Positions 9,406-21,389 of a DNA stretch of 64,000 nucleotides are shown here, in pieces. Location: positions 1,116,001-1,180,000 of the forward strand of contig LSRY02000003.1 of NCBI GenBank assembly GCA_001643675.2, read 5' to 3'. Position 1 is the stretch's first letter. Each line of letters opens with the position of its first letter. Source of the stretch: Monocercomonoides exilis PA203 (Eukaryota > Protista > Preaxostyla). The translations under genes and the position numbers were made by a program. A model generated the notes under the pieces. It did no database searches. It was not told the DNA's origin and saw nothing but the letters and a program-made list of their open reading frames with translations.

Positions 9406-10709
9406 TGTGTGCCACTAACAATATAAATAATGTGTAACATCAACGATTCCATGTGGCAATGTGGCAAGATGACAACATAATCGAAAATAAATAAAAACCC
9501 TCAAAATCATACCAAATTAGGGGTAAATTGCCCATGTTGGCAAAAATGGCATGTTGGCAGCTCTTTTCAGACGAAATAAAAAGATCCGGTTTACCGGTTT
9601 ATCTGTTTACGCTTCCAGCACGGAGATTTTAGTCAATATTTCCCTTCCCCAAGCATCTCGATATTGCCACAATTCGGTATCCTGGACACCGATTGACAAC
9701 TTTTTCAAGCTAAATACACCAAAATAACACCAAAATCAAGTGAAAAACATCGATGTGGCAATCCACCATACTGCCATTTGTTCAAAAAATATTGATGTTA
9801 GCAATCCACCACAATGTCATCGTGACTACTGTTTGATACCGAGACAAAGTCTGCGTTCGTTGCGAACACCATTAACTCTTCCAACCAAAAAATAAACACA
9901 TTCACCTTAACCATTAACTTTTTCCATCAACTCATCTAACAACTCATCACTTTCGATAAGCTTTCTCCTCAGATACTTAATCAACTTCTTCTGTTTTTCA
10001 GATACATGTTCGTTGTAATACTTAGTTTCTTCCTTACGTTTTTTCTGAAACTGTTTAATTTGTTTCTGTTGAGCCGCTTTCGCTTCTTCCACAGTTGTGT
10101 ATATCTTCTTCCGACCCATTGACTATAAAACAAAAACTTAATTATTTTTATTTGCGGTTTTCACCAACGTTCACATCAACGATAACATCACATGTTCAAC
10201 TCATGTTTTTCATCGACAATTTCATCAATTTTCACACTATTTCACCAACTTCGACACTTTCACCAACGATTACACGAACGATAACACCGACGTTCAACAA
10301 ACACCTTCGACACATAACACGTTCAACATATAACTCATGTATTTCATCAACGATAACACACAATTTCACCACTAATTTACCAACTTGAACACTTCGCAAC
10401 GAAGTTGCTTAGGAGACTTCGTCTCCGTTTCAGTTAATCTTTTAGCTAATTCTCCTCCTTGGAGATATGGTATATTAGCTATTGATATATCTCGATTACA
10501 CTTATCAATGACTCCATCTTTATAGAACATCACTGAATATCTAATCATGATAAACCCCTAAGAGTATCAGCAATAATCATCGATCTCTACCTATTATAAT
10601 TGCATATCCAACTTATTATACAAGATGATAATAACCATCAGATATTCATAAATCGATAATATTGATTGACCTAATCGAGATGGATCTATAGCTGATAAAT
10701 TATATCTCT
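9406..10709 (-). repeat. Right TIR of the PrimPol-helicase element
   Basis: Reverse complement of 5367-6671; begins 11 bp after the helicase stop codon. Confidence 0.95.
9907..10119 (-). CDS. Second, identical copy of the 70-aa TIR-encoded protein
   Basis: Translation identical to 5958-6170. Confidence 0.65.
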   Translation of the reverse strand: MGRKKIYTTVEEAKAAQQKQIKQFQKKRKEETKYYNEHVSEKQKKLIKYLRRKLIESDELLDELMEKVNG

Positions 10710-10824
10710 AAAACCTTCAATCATTTTCAGTTTTGATCAATTGGTTATTATAAACCTAATATATTTATAATATCTCTACATTGCATTTTTAAGCTATTTA
10801 TTTATTGATTTAACAAAAAAATCG

Positions 10825-13550
10825 GGCAAGTTCCAAATATGTGGACCATCATTTTTTAAATTTTTAAACATATAAAACGAAAGAAAATTTCATGTTGATT
10901 AATTAAAAATTTGTTTTTTCAGTCGAAAATGTGTTTTTGAGATTTTTAATTGAATAATTAGATCAACCCCATATTTTTATTTATGTTATGCAGATAACAA
11001 AAATTTCCTGGCAAGCCGGATGCACAACGTGAACGCAAATCAAAATTTTATTGAACTGTTAAAGACATTATTCACTTTTGTTTACTTAAACATTTATCTC
11101 TTTATGCTCAAGAATTCGTTGAAAATACAATCAAATGATGAATTGAAATTTATCTGATTCAATTCAATTTTTTATTCTAGATGTTAAATGTTAGTATTAT
11201 ACACAATATTATTATTTATTTTCCGTTTAATTTTTTTGTTCATGATTTGAAGAAACAACCAATAGAAAATAATTTCATTTCATAACATGACCTTCGTTAA
11301 AATGAACGTTAACAACAATATGAATAACGATTTGTATTAATAGTTCAACATTTTCTTTTTCACATTATATACAAATTTAATTTCATAGAACAAATAAATC
11401 TTTATCGTTTGTAAAAAAGGATCTTGAAATAGAAATATTGGAATTGTTTGAAGTGATGTATTGAATGACAATCGGTTTGAAAGAAATAATTTAAGTTTCA
11501 TAATAACGGTTCATTCTCCACAAATTACTTCATTCTAATTCTCTGTTTCTGTATATCCTTTTTTGCAACGAACAACTAGTTTCAACAAAAGAACAACAAG
11601 AACAGCACACACACAAAACATAAATAATCTCAAATTCATTTTCTTTTTTTCAACTTTCAATTCTTGTCTTTTCTCTGTTCTGTTTGATTCCCCTTCTGTT
11701 CTTTAAAACAACATATTTTTAAATGCGATGAAGTTGTCACACCACCAAACATCAAGGAATATGTAATTTTGACTTTTTCATCGATCTGTGTAACCTTTGC
11801 CTGATAAATACTTGAATATGCTTTCTTTTCCGACATGTATCCTTTTTCATCAAATGCAGATCTCTCAGTTATTTCTTCATCGCATCTTCAAAAATCACGA
11901 TTAGAGATTGATTGAACAAGAACAGATGCTTTCCTTTCTCGATAAGATGCATGCTATATCACTCTGCTTTCATCTCCATCTCCTCCAGCTTTGGGACGAA
12001 CAGCGGTAATTGTTCTTCAGTTGCTACACTCAGAAGAAGGAATTCTTTGACCAGCATTCTTTTGAATCTGATATCATTCGCATTGATCACTTCATTCAAA
12101 TTATTCAAATATACTTGTCCTCCTCTGCTTCAGTTTCCACAGGGAAAACTCATACACCTCAAAATGTTAGCTCCTTCATTGTCATCCAAACTGATACAAT
12201 GCTTTTCTTCTGATGCTTTGAATGATTGTTAATCAATATATCTCATCAAATATCTTTTTTTGAACTTCCATTTTTTTTTCTTTCTCCATTGATTAAGCAT
12301 GTCACATCAAACACCGCATCTTTTTTCCAATGTGATTACGCGCTTGTCTCCTTCAGCTCCAACTTTCCAATTGCTTCATTTCTCCCGTCCAATATTCACA
12401 TTCCTTTCGTTGAAAAATATTCATGTTCAGGCTATTCTCCAGTTCTCTATCCCACCTCTAATTTTTCTCGACACAACTGAATATTTGCTTCCTTCATTCT
12501 CAACTGTGCTTCAATTCTTCTTCACACAGCACTCCCCTCCACATCCTTCTGCATCACACTTCTTCGCTTTCTTTCTCAAATGTTGTCCTCACATTCTTTT
12601 TCAAAGCCTCTTTGCATGCTAATAATGCTGGATTCACAAACTTCGCTATTTCCTTCATCAAACTTCGAAAGCTTTCAACACTGTTCAGTCATTTATTCCC
12701 TTTGATAATTCAAGCTCTTGTTCATTAACCGTTTGATCTCGTTTTTCACTATCACTCATCTTCCATCTCTTTTTCCCTCATTCTCTCTTTCAAAATAAAA
12801 CATCTACTTTTGGTTTTTTCTTCTCCTTTCCAAAAACATTTTTCTATCCAAAAAGTGTCTAAACAAATGCCCTTCACTGATCTAACCACTTTCTATATAC
12901 TCAATCATCATATTTCTGTTCTTCTTTATCATATGTTCATTTTCCGCCCATAATTTTCAACAAAGTTTTTCAAGACTTTATCAATTTGAAACCTTATGTT
13001 TTTCTGCAAATATAATAATCTTTGAGGAGTTGAACAACTTCAGAAGCAAAAATAAATCTTTTCACATTTAAATCATTTTATTCTTAAAATAAAAACCGAT
13101 TTTTATAAGAAAAAATAAAGATACACAAATTGCATACAAATTTAAAACACAATAAAATAAATAAATCAAACATAAAAATAGAAATACTCATTTCATTTAT
13201 TTTCAAATTGAATTGAATCAGATAAATTTCAATTCATCATTTGATTGTATTTTCAACGAATTCTTGAGCATAAAGAGATAAATGTTTAAGTAAACAAAAG
13301 TGAATAATGTCTTTAACAGTTCAATAAAATTTTGATTTGCGTTCACGTTGTGCATCCGGCTTGCCAGGAAATTTTTGTTATCTGCATAACATAAATAAAA
13401 ATATGGGGTTGATCTAATTATTCAATTAAAAATCTCAAAAACACATTTTCGACTGAAAAAACAAATTTTTAATTAATCAACATGAAATTTTCTTTCGTTT
13501 TATATGTTTAAAAATTTAAAAAATGATGGTCCACATATTTGGAACTTGCC
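10825..13550. mobile_element. Non-autonomous Merlin-type element with 346-bp TIRs carrying a host gene fragment (Pack-type)
   Basis: TIRs 10825-11170 and 13205-13550 (GGCAAGTTCCAAATATGTGGACC..) appear identical. Exact 8-bp TSD AAAAATCG at 10817-10824 and 13551-13558. No transposase motifs inside. Confidence 0.92.
11530..12900 (-). pseudogene. Decayed fragment of the surface-protein family inside the Pack element
   Basis: Minus-strand pieces QSIRRKALY, PLFVPKLEEMEMKAE*YSMHLIEKGKHL, ITERSAFDEKGYMSE, ITYSLMFG and CAVLVVLLLKLVVRCKK are colinear with PSLRRNIIC, SFFIPVLGSVEAKEETDRMKLTFKGML, IEHFDFDSNGFLSE, VSVHILFG and the TM-RWRK segment of the 22212-31312 protein. Boundaries approximate. Confidence 0.75.
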
Positions 13551-13912
13551 AAAAATCGGGTACCCTTTAAGTGGCATCTTGCCACAATTTTTTGAAATTT
13601 GTTTTGAAAAGGATTAACACTTACCAACAATTAATAATTTTCGAAAAAAATTTCTAAACAATTGTCAATTAACAAACCTTAATAAAACATTATTTTATTT
13701 CAGTTCTTTTTCACACTTTCACAGAGGTTATAACTTTCACTTCAATTGTGCAACAAGATTGCTCAATTTGTTTGTTAAAGTTTTTGAAGTATTATTTTCA
13801 GTTTTGCATATTTTGTTATAGTCATTTTTGAAAAGAATAAAACTTGATGGAATTCTTGTGAACAAAAGATATAATCTTCAATAGACATATTTCATTATTT
13901 TCCATAATTATT

Positions 13913-14173
13913 CTTGTAATTTGTCAAAATTTTTTTGAAAAGTTCATTTTGTTTAATTTTCTAATGTAACAAAAATTTCATATTTTGATCAAATTTATGT
14001 TCACAATTATGAAACTTCACAAAAACGGTAATGATAACATTCTTTTGGATTTGTTTCCATTTTGGTGAAGTTTCTTGAGTAGGAACAAAAAATTGATGAA
14101 AATATGAAATTTTTATTTTATTTGAAAATTAAATAAAAGGAACTTTTCAAAAAAATTTAGACATTTGTTACAA
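13913..14173. repeat. Degenerate foldback palindrome (centre ~14043)
   Basis: Mirrored arms: TTGTCAAAATTTTTTTGAAAAGTTC / GAACTTTTCAAAAAAATTTAGACA, AAATTTCATATTTTGATCAA / TTGATGAAAATATGAAATTT and GAAACTTCAC / GTGAAGTTTC. Confidence 0.8.
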
Positions 14174-14499
14174 AAATTTTATTCCTTTTTGTTAAGAATA
14201 GTTTGTTTTTACAAAAATAAGAATATTGCGAGTTTTTTAAAATAAAATTGAACCAAGAATATATTCTCCATGAATATGAATAGAAAGTCTTTTGTGTTTC
14301 ATATTAAAAAAAATGAAATCAAAAATTATAAATTTTTTTGTTTTCTGTATTCAGAATCAGTTTCTTTATTTTCATTTTGAAAGTTATTCCTCTCCTTTTT
14401 GTGAAAGTTTCTTTGTAAGAATAAAAAATTAATGCGCGTTATTTCCGTTCAATTTGATGATTCTGATTTTCATCCTTTTTTTCATACATGATCTTCGTC

Positions 14500-16400
14500 A
14501 TTATCATATTCTTTTTCTTCTTTTTCTCCATCGAATACTTCGTCTTCTCCTCTTTTTTTTTCACCTCCTCCTCTTCTCATCTTCTTTTGCTATTTCTGTT
14601 TCTATTTCTATGTCTTTATCTTTATCAAATTCTTATTCTTATTCTTATTCTTTTTCACCAGTCGCACTGCCTCTGCTTTTGCCCTCCGCTCCCTTTTCCT
14701 CCTCACTTCCACGCAGTCCATTCACGTAAACAGCTCCAGTGCCTTTTTTCTGCGGATCCCGCTTCTCCAAGGTTGCACATCTCTTCGTCTCTTTCCACAT
14801 CCCGCAACACCACCACATCCTCCCCGTTCATCATTTCTTCCCCCTGGCTTTTGTTCGGAAGAAGCACCTCCGTCTCCCCACCCCGCAGTTTGTGATGGTC
14901 CCCGTGCACCACCCAAAACACACTTTTCTCTGAAAATTACTCACAGTGCAGCGGCAGCTCCAGCATCCGTCCTGTATTCTTATTCGCAACTCCAATCAAT
15001 TCTCTAACTTGATGTTCAGAATTATCTTCCTCTTCCTAAACCTCATGCTTCACCTCCACTCTTCCGTTTCCACATCCCCCATTCGCTTTTTTATTTCCAT
15101 CATGGATCTCCATCCTTCATCACCACTTTCTTCTCCAGCTCCACCTTCAATTCCTTCGATGCTTTCGGAGCATCCATTCCACACTTTGCTCTTCCTATTC
15201 ACCTCTGCCATCTCCTTGGGTTGCACAAGTCGCTGATCCTGCTGCTTCCTCTGCCGATGCTTCCGCACGTGGAACCCCACAGTCCTTGCCACAACTATCA
15301 CACCCACCGTCCTCACTTCAATATGCAGTGTGATCGTCCACCCATACAGCTCAAACAGGCCCCTCTCACTGCCCACCCCATTCTTTCTCCTTTCCACAGA
15401 TAATTGCTGTTGTTGCGTTGAACTTTTTTCCTTTTCCTGCGACATCCTCCCCTGCCCTTCCCTCTCCCCCTTCCCCGCCTCCCCGCTCCTCCACAGCCAG
15501 CTCCTCGCTCGAATACACCACACGCGCCAGCACCTCCTCCTCTGCCCCGCTTTCCTCAATCACCTCCCGCCCGATCCTCCCGTACCCCCGCCGCTCAGTG
15601 TTCTGCCCTGTGCTCTCAAACCGGTATGTCCTCACCCGCTCGCCCCCGTCTGCCCCCCGCACAATTATCTGGAAGTACAGCCCGCACTGCACCAGCTCCC
15701 GCATCACAAACTCCAGCCGCGCCTGCCCCCCGCTGCTTGTCCAGCTGACGTTCGTCAGCACCGGCCGGAAGTACACACCGCCTGCCCCTCCACTCGCCCC
15801 CTCCACCACACATCACTCCTCAATGATCCACCATGACCTGCTCTCCCCCGCCCGCTCCCCGTTCCTGATGCCCCGCACATCCACCACACCGCCCCCGTGC
15901 TGCCCGATCCCGCCCTTCGACGAGTTCAACACGCTCGTGTTCCACACCCGGCACTCGCACTCCTCCACAAGCACCAGCTGCGACTCCATCCGGCACAGCC
16001 CGCTCCTGCTCCCCGCACCAAACACCCCGCTCACTGCTGTGCTCCCCACCTCCGCACGCTCCCTCCTCTGTTGGATCACCTGCATATCGATCTGTGTCAG
16101 CTTTTCCCAACTCACCACACACTCCTCAACCACCAGCACGCATCCCTCTTTCCTCCTCAATCTCCCATTTCATTTTTGAAATATCATTGAAAACATGAAT
16201 AACTGTGACTCCATCACAACCAACTCTGCTGCTGCTCTGCACTTTTCAACATCTCATGCCTGCTGACAAATTCCCACAGCACCTCACACGCTACGGCACG
16301 TCCAATCTTCTCCGAACCGTTATTCGCTTCTGATACTCAGCCTCTAAACTCCTGCAATTGTTTGAGTTTTGATATGCACATCTTTTGTCCGCTCCATGTC
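14500..16400 (-). pseudogene. Fragmented, GC-rich member of the surface-protein/pseudokinase family
   Basis: Frameshifted pieces LCRMESQLVLVEECECRVWNTSVLNSSKGGI, YFRPVLTNVSWT..LEFVMRELVQCGLYFQI..YRFESTG, a TM-like VGVIVVARTVGF and FWVVHG..CLREW match the C-terminal half of the 22212-31312 protein. Boundaries approximate. Confidence 0.75.
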
Positions 16401-16909
16401 TATGTGAAGAGCGTGCTTTAAAGATTGAAATAAGTTAGAAAAAATGTAAGAAAAAAGAAAAAATAAAAATTATTTACAAACGATAAATACTAAAATTTTG
16501 ACAAGTTTAAAACTTTAATATAAACATTTTTTCAAATTAAAAATACAAACATTTGAAAAAATGGACTATTGACTTAAATAACGTCAGTGACAGACAGTGA
16601 CGTGAGTGCCGTGGTATTTATATTATTAAAAAATGATCACGACATTACCCATCGTTCATTCATTAATTAAAAATAACCGATTAAAAAAAATTTCAATAAT
16701 AATCATAATAACACATTAAATCTTATTTAATATAATAAAAATATTTATCCATTGTTAATAATTTTTATTTTTTTGACAAAAGTGGAATTTGAAAAAATGA
16801 GTGAATAAAAACTTTTTTTTGTCACGTCAAGTCACTCCAAAAATGTTCACGTCAGAAGGCATGTGACGCAGATGTTAAACTGAAAAATATAAATAATGCT
16901 ATTCTTTTT

Positions 16910-17475
16910 CTGGTTATGACTAATGATCAAAAACTTGCTCAAATTTTCACGAGCTTAAGTTTTGAGTGTTTTGAGTATTGTTATTGTTATTTAACCTAAC
17001 TTCTTTATATTTTTGGTTGTATTTTGTATTAAACACCTCGTTTTATTATTATTTTTTCCATTTCCGATATTTTAATTATTCAAAGAATACATTTGCATTT
17101 CCGAAATTTTTTGCTATTAAATTGGAGGAAATATGAAAATTATCTGCAAAAAAAAGTGTTCAAAAAATGAAAGTTTTCAATTTATCATTATCTTGATGAT
17201 TTTTCAAAAAGACTTGTTTCTGTGAATTTTTGTTTCTTTTGTCTAATATTTAATTCTGCAAATTCAAAAAATTTTTGATATTGGTGATGATTTTTGATAT
17301 CAAATTATTTCTATGAAAATTTTCTTTCTGAGAATTTGAATTAAATACAAACAAATGATCACTGTGAATCAATTTCCCTTTTGTTGATAAATTTGCAACA
17401 GATGAATTGTGAATAGATTTTTTTCATTTGAATAAATTCAACTTATTTGAATGAACTGGGTTTTTTTAAATGATG
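16910..17475 (-). repeat. Dispersed AT-rich repeat, degenerate inverted homolog of 21390-22060
   Basis: Reverse-complement blocks CTCGTGAAAATTTGAG, TGATATCAAAAATCATCAC and the TTCAAATAA-type units match blocks in 21390-22060 in mirrored order. Confidence 0.6.
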
Positions 17476-17949
17476 TCATGTTATCCTAAATGGTTAAAGT
17501 GACACTTGAATAAAGTGCGATACACTTAAATAAAAAATGTATGAAAAAGTAATGAAAACTAATTATTATGTTATAGTGTTTTATCTTTTTCTTTATCAAC
17601 AAAAAAATGAAAAATTCTTAAAAACTGAGATTATTCCTTTTTCTTAAACAACATTTGATATATGTTTGAAGAAGATTTTATTTGACAAAAAAAATGAGAA
17701 ACATAGAAAATTAATAATTTATTCTTGTTCATCAATTCTCTTTTTAACTTTTTCACATTTTTTTGACCTCTGTGTAATTAATTATCTTGTATAAAAATTT
17801 GCTTCTATTGAAGTTCATGGAGTGATCTGCAGCCAACAAAGCATATAAATTTGAAGATATCAGTCGAGTCAACAGGTGGAAGATGATTTCATCTTTATTA
17901 CTTTATTGGTTGAATGGATATATTTCATTTTCATAGATAGATTTTTTTG

Positions 17950-20870
17950 AAGGCCACTCTTCATTTATCTCTCTACCTCTTTTTATATTCTCTCCTCCAT
18001 TGCTCTTCTGGCGACATCTCCATCTTTACCATTTCAAATGCCTAATGATCCGTTCTGATGTTATCATTCACAATCTATCTCAGATCATCTGCTTCATTCT
18101 TCACCTTCTTCCATCGAACAGGAAAAATAGCAACAATTACAAGCAGAAGCACAGCAAATATAACACTCACAATCTCAACAATTGGACTGATATGATTTTT
18201 CTTTCTTTCTCCCTTCGACAATCTTTTCAAATGCCTTTGGCTCAGATTCAATTCAATTCTTAAAGATGATTGACTCCGTTCATGAAAGAGAATCAATTTT
18301 TCCAAACTTGATCTTTACAGATTTTTACGTTTCCTCAGATGTATTGTCACAATTGATGCTGGAATGGCTTCATGAATCTCTATTTCACCTGCAAACTCTT
18401 CTGAAAGATGCGGATACACCTGGAGCTTGTGAACCATTCAATCGAAGTAATCAACCTGGAGAGCAAAGTAGCAATGCAGAAGCAAGGAACCAGTATGGTC
18501 AATTGAAAGAGTGCTCCCATTCTGGAGAGATATCACTGAATTCAGATACAGAATGAAGAACGGAGAGGCCCTTTCTTTAGCGATTATAGAAAAATTGCAT
18601 TCCAAATTCAAAGTCCAAAGTGATGAGTTCTCTTGTTAGCCATCTCCGCCTTTCTGGCTTTGAATATTCAGAAGCGCATGACTAGAGCAGGCGATATAGT
18701 TCCTCATGTACGGATAACCCACTGCACTCGGCCGTTGTTGACAAATAATATTAAATGAACGGAAATGCTACAGTCAGAGATCGACAGCCATCTCTTGGAC
18801 GAATTGGCAATGCTCGTGTGTATTATTCTTCACGAGCAATTCTGAAGATCAACCATTGATCCAAACCACTGGTACAGCTTTTATAATGGATTGTTATTCA
18901 GTCCGAACTCTCGCGATCTTGCTTCTCCGTCAAGCACACACACGAAGACACGTGAGTATATTTCAAATCAACCAACACTGAAATGCAACATTTTTCAGTG
19001 TGCAAAGCACACTTCTTGTCTGAGCAGTTCTCCAATTCCAGCAATAAGGACGAAGCTAAAGATGCAAAACAGTACGGATCAAACGATTCTCTCGTTATGT
19101 TTCGATATGATGATTGCTTCAGCCAGAATGTTGAAGCATTTGACGCAACGCTCACTGCACATCCTTCTCCAAGTATTGTGTTTGAAATAGCCAAGAATGA
19201 TCTCAGCATCTGAATCTTCGCATTCAACAGAAACAAACGATTCATCTGACACTTATGAATCATCAAATTCCAAATGATTGCCCTGGATGTTTGAATCCCC
19301 TCCCGAACCATCTGAGGAAAACACAATCAAACTTGCTGTGCTCTCTGCATTTCTGATTTGAACCGTCGACAGCTGGGAGTCTTTGTAGTTGTGAAAGAAA
19401 AGGGCAGACTGTTCATGTGCGTAAAAGGAAATAAGCAGCTACTGCATAGAGAGGTTCACCAGATTGCGGAAGTCCAACAACACAGCAGAATTTATATTAG
19501 AAATGTTCAAGTTCACAAATGAGCATTATTGTCCCCCTCTTGCTACTTCACACGAAGAACTGAGACAAAGGCAAGTTAAAGTGCATCTGTTGATCGACAG
19601 TCTGCCATTCTCCACAAGAATGACAGAGCAGTTCAACCTCGTTTCAGAGCTTCCACTCCAATCTTCTTGAGCAAATGATGAATCTGCAATCGAAAAGTCG
19701 CCATCTGTCAGCAACAGCAAACTGCAATGAGAAGAAGAAAAAGCGCTCCCAAACAAAAACAAAAGAGATTCCACTTTCACTCTCGACGAGCATGCAACAA
19801 GACTGCTCCTCTTGCATCTGATGATAAGGTTCAGCATAATATTCCCTCTTGCACCTTCCGGATCCACAGACTTGATAGAGACATCGCAAGCGCTTGCTTC
19901 CCATACCACCACACCCGTTTGTCGATCAGCAAATTGCTGTAAACAGAAGGAATGATATGAGGCAGCGCAACTTTCAAGGAAATACAAACCCCGCCCATCC
20001 CACCACACTGGCGCGTGTCAGAGGCATTGTCAGCTGATGAAGACGCAAATGTTGTCTCGCTCTGATACACAACAACAAGCAGCAACAGATCATGCTCATC
20101 AGCATAGCCTTGTGCAGTGCATCCCCACATTGCAAACTCTCGGACAAATGGAGCTCTGAAATCGAGCTGGAACAGCTCGATGCCAATTTGAGTTTATTCG
20201 TTTGCGCATTTTTACATATAAGTCTCTTCCAACAAATGCTTTGTTCTCCACGAATGTGGTGTTTTTCAGCAGAAAAGGAAGCAAGCCATCACTTGTGATC
20301 AAAGAGCAATCCAGGAATATAGCGCCTCCTCTTCCAGTTGCAAAGCAGAAACATCCAGAGATAGCTGAAAAACGGCACTCGAAAAATCCTCCTTCGTTCA
20401 ATATCATGATCAGTCCTCCACCGCTCTCGCTTAGGTTGCTTCCACAGTTCTTCATCGATGTGTTTTACAAAGACACACTGCAAGGCTCGCTACCAATGTA
20501 GCTGATAAGGAAGGTTCAGAAGGAATGTTTTGGAAAAGGGAGCGAAGGAACAGCATTTGAGTTATGCTGTTGAACTGTTTCCTTCATTTAATCCCTGTGA
20601 CTCGCCTCTCCACTCAGTCTGCGCTAACGCTGATATAATGCTTTTGCACATCGGTTCAATATTGCTCATCATAGCATTTATCGTGTCAAGGCTGCTTTCA
20701 TGAGATACCATCAAAATGTGACTTTTGCACTTGATAGATTGGAACGAGCAGAATGATATTTCGCATGTTCCAGACAAGCAGAAGACGATGCAACAAGGAA
20801 TGCTTGTGTGAGAAGCTTGTCCAAATAGATAAAGAAAAGCTGTTGAACTTCGTTCATTATTCAATGAAAT
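17950..20870 (-). pseudogene. Fragmented member of the surface-protein family
   Basis: GRGGAIFLDCS..FVENKAFVGRDLYVK, TM IVSVIFAVLLLVIVAIFPVRWKKVKNEADDLR*IVNDNIR..AFEMVKMEMSPEEQWRR, nearly identical to the juxtamembrane motif at 30020-30150. Many stops and frameshifts. Confidence 0.85.
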
Positions 20871-21389
20871 AATGAAGACATGTTTCTTTGTTTTTTTATC
20901 TTTTTCAAAAAAGTTGTATCAATTTCATTTGTTGTCCGGTTATTTTTTCCTGTCTTTTAATGCTTTTGAACCGATCTAAGTGTTAATACCAGTTGTTTGC
21001 ATATACATAGATGCAATCCAATTTGTCATTCAACATAATTTCAATTTTCTTTATTTGCAGATTTGAAAAAATGCTAATCATTTCATAACTCATAAAATTC
21101 TACTTTTCATCAATATTTAACATATGTTAAAACATGTGGATTTCATAATTGGAAAGTTTAACAAACTATGAATGTCATGATGACGTGTTTTGAATCGTTT
21201 ATTAGTGCAAAAGAATTATGACAGTTCAAAAAATATTTTGATCCTTTCGATCTTTGAAAGAATTTGATGAAAACAATAAATATCATTTCCAAAAAAACAT
21301 AGTGAATCTACAAATAATATATGTAAGTTTTTGCAATCAATTTTATAGACATTAAAAATATTTGTTTTGTAAAAATATTTTTCGTTCCT

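Larger units (their letters stand above)
5367..10709 (+). mobile_element. 5.3-kb long-TIR element encoding an AEP primase-polymerase/SF3 helicase (linear-plasmid/transpoviron/Polinton-satellite-like)
   Basis: ~1.3-kb inverted repeats flank a 2.7-kb unique core (6672-9405) holding one large ORF. Ends are AGAGATAT...ATATCTCT, flanked by AAAACA and AAAACC (5/6 match, candidate 6-bp TSD). The conservative perfect-TIR limits are 5380-10696. Confidence 0.9.
5021..13583. mobile_element. Old Merlin-type MITE (~480 bp of own sequence) split by two nested insertions
   Basis: Degenerate ~26-bp TIRs GGCAAAGGGCTACTTTAAGGGGACCT (5021) and GGCAAGATGCCACTTAAAGGGTACCC (rc, ending 13583), 19/26 identical. Exact 8-bp TSD ACAATTTT at 5013-5020 and 13584-13591. 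Confidence 0.8.

Noticed and set aside
5367-10709. Complete autonomous Maverick/Polinton or virophage
   Set aside because: No pPolB, integrase, packaging ATPase, protease or capsid ORFs are present, and there is no room for them.
11171-13204. Decayed MULE or Merlin transposase inside the 346-bp TIRs
   Set aside because: No DDE motifs were found; the translated remnants match the host surface-protein family instead.
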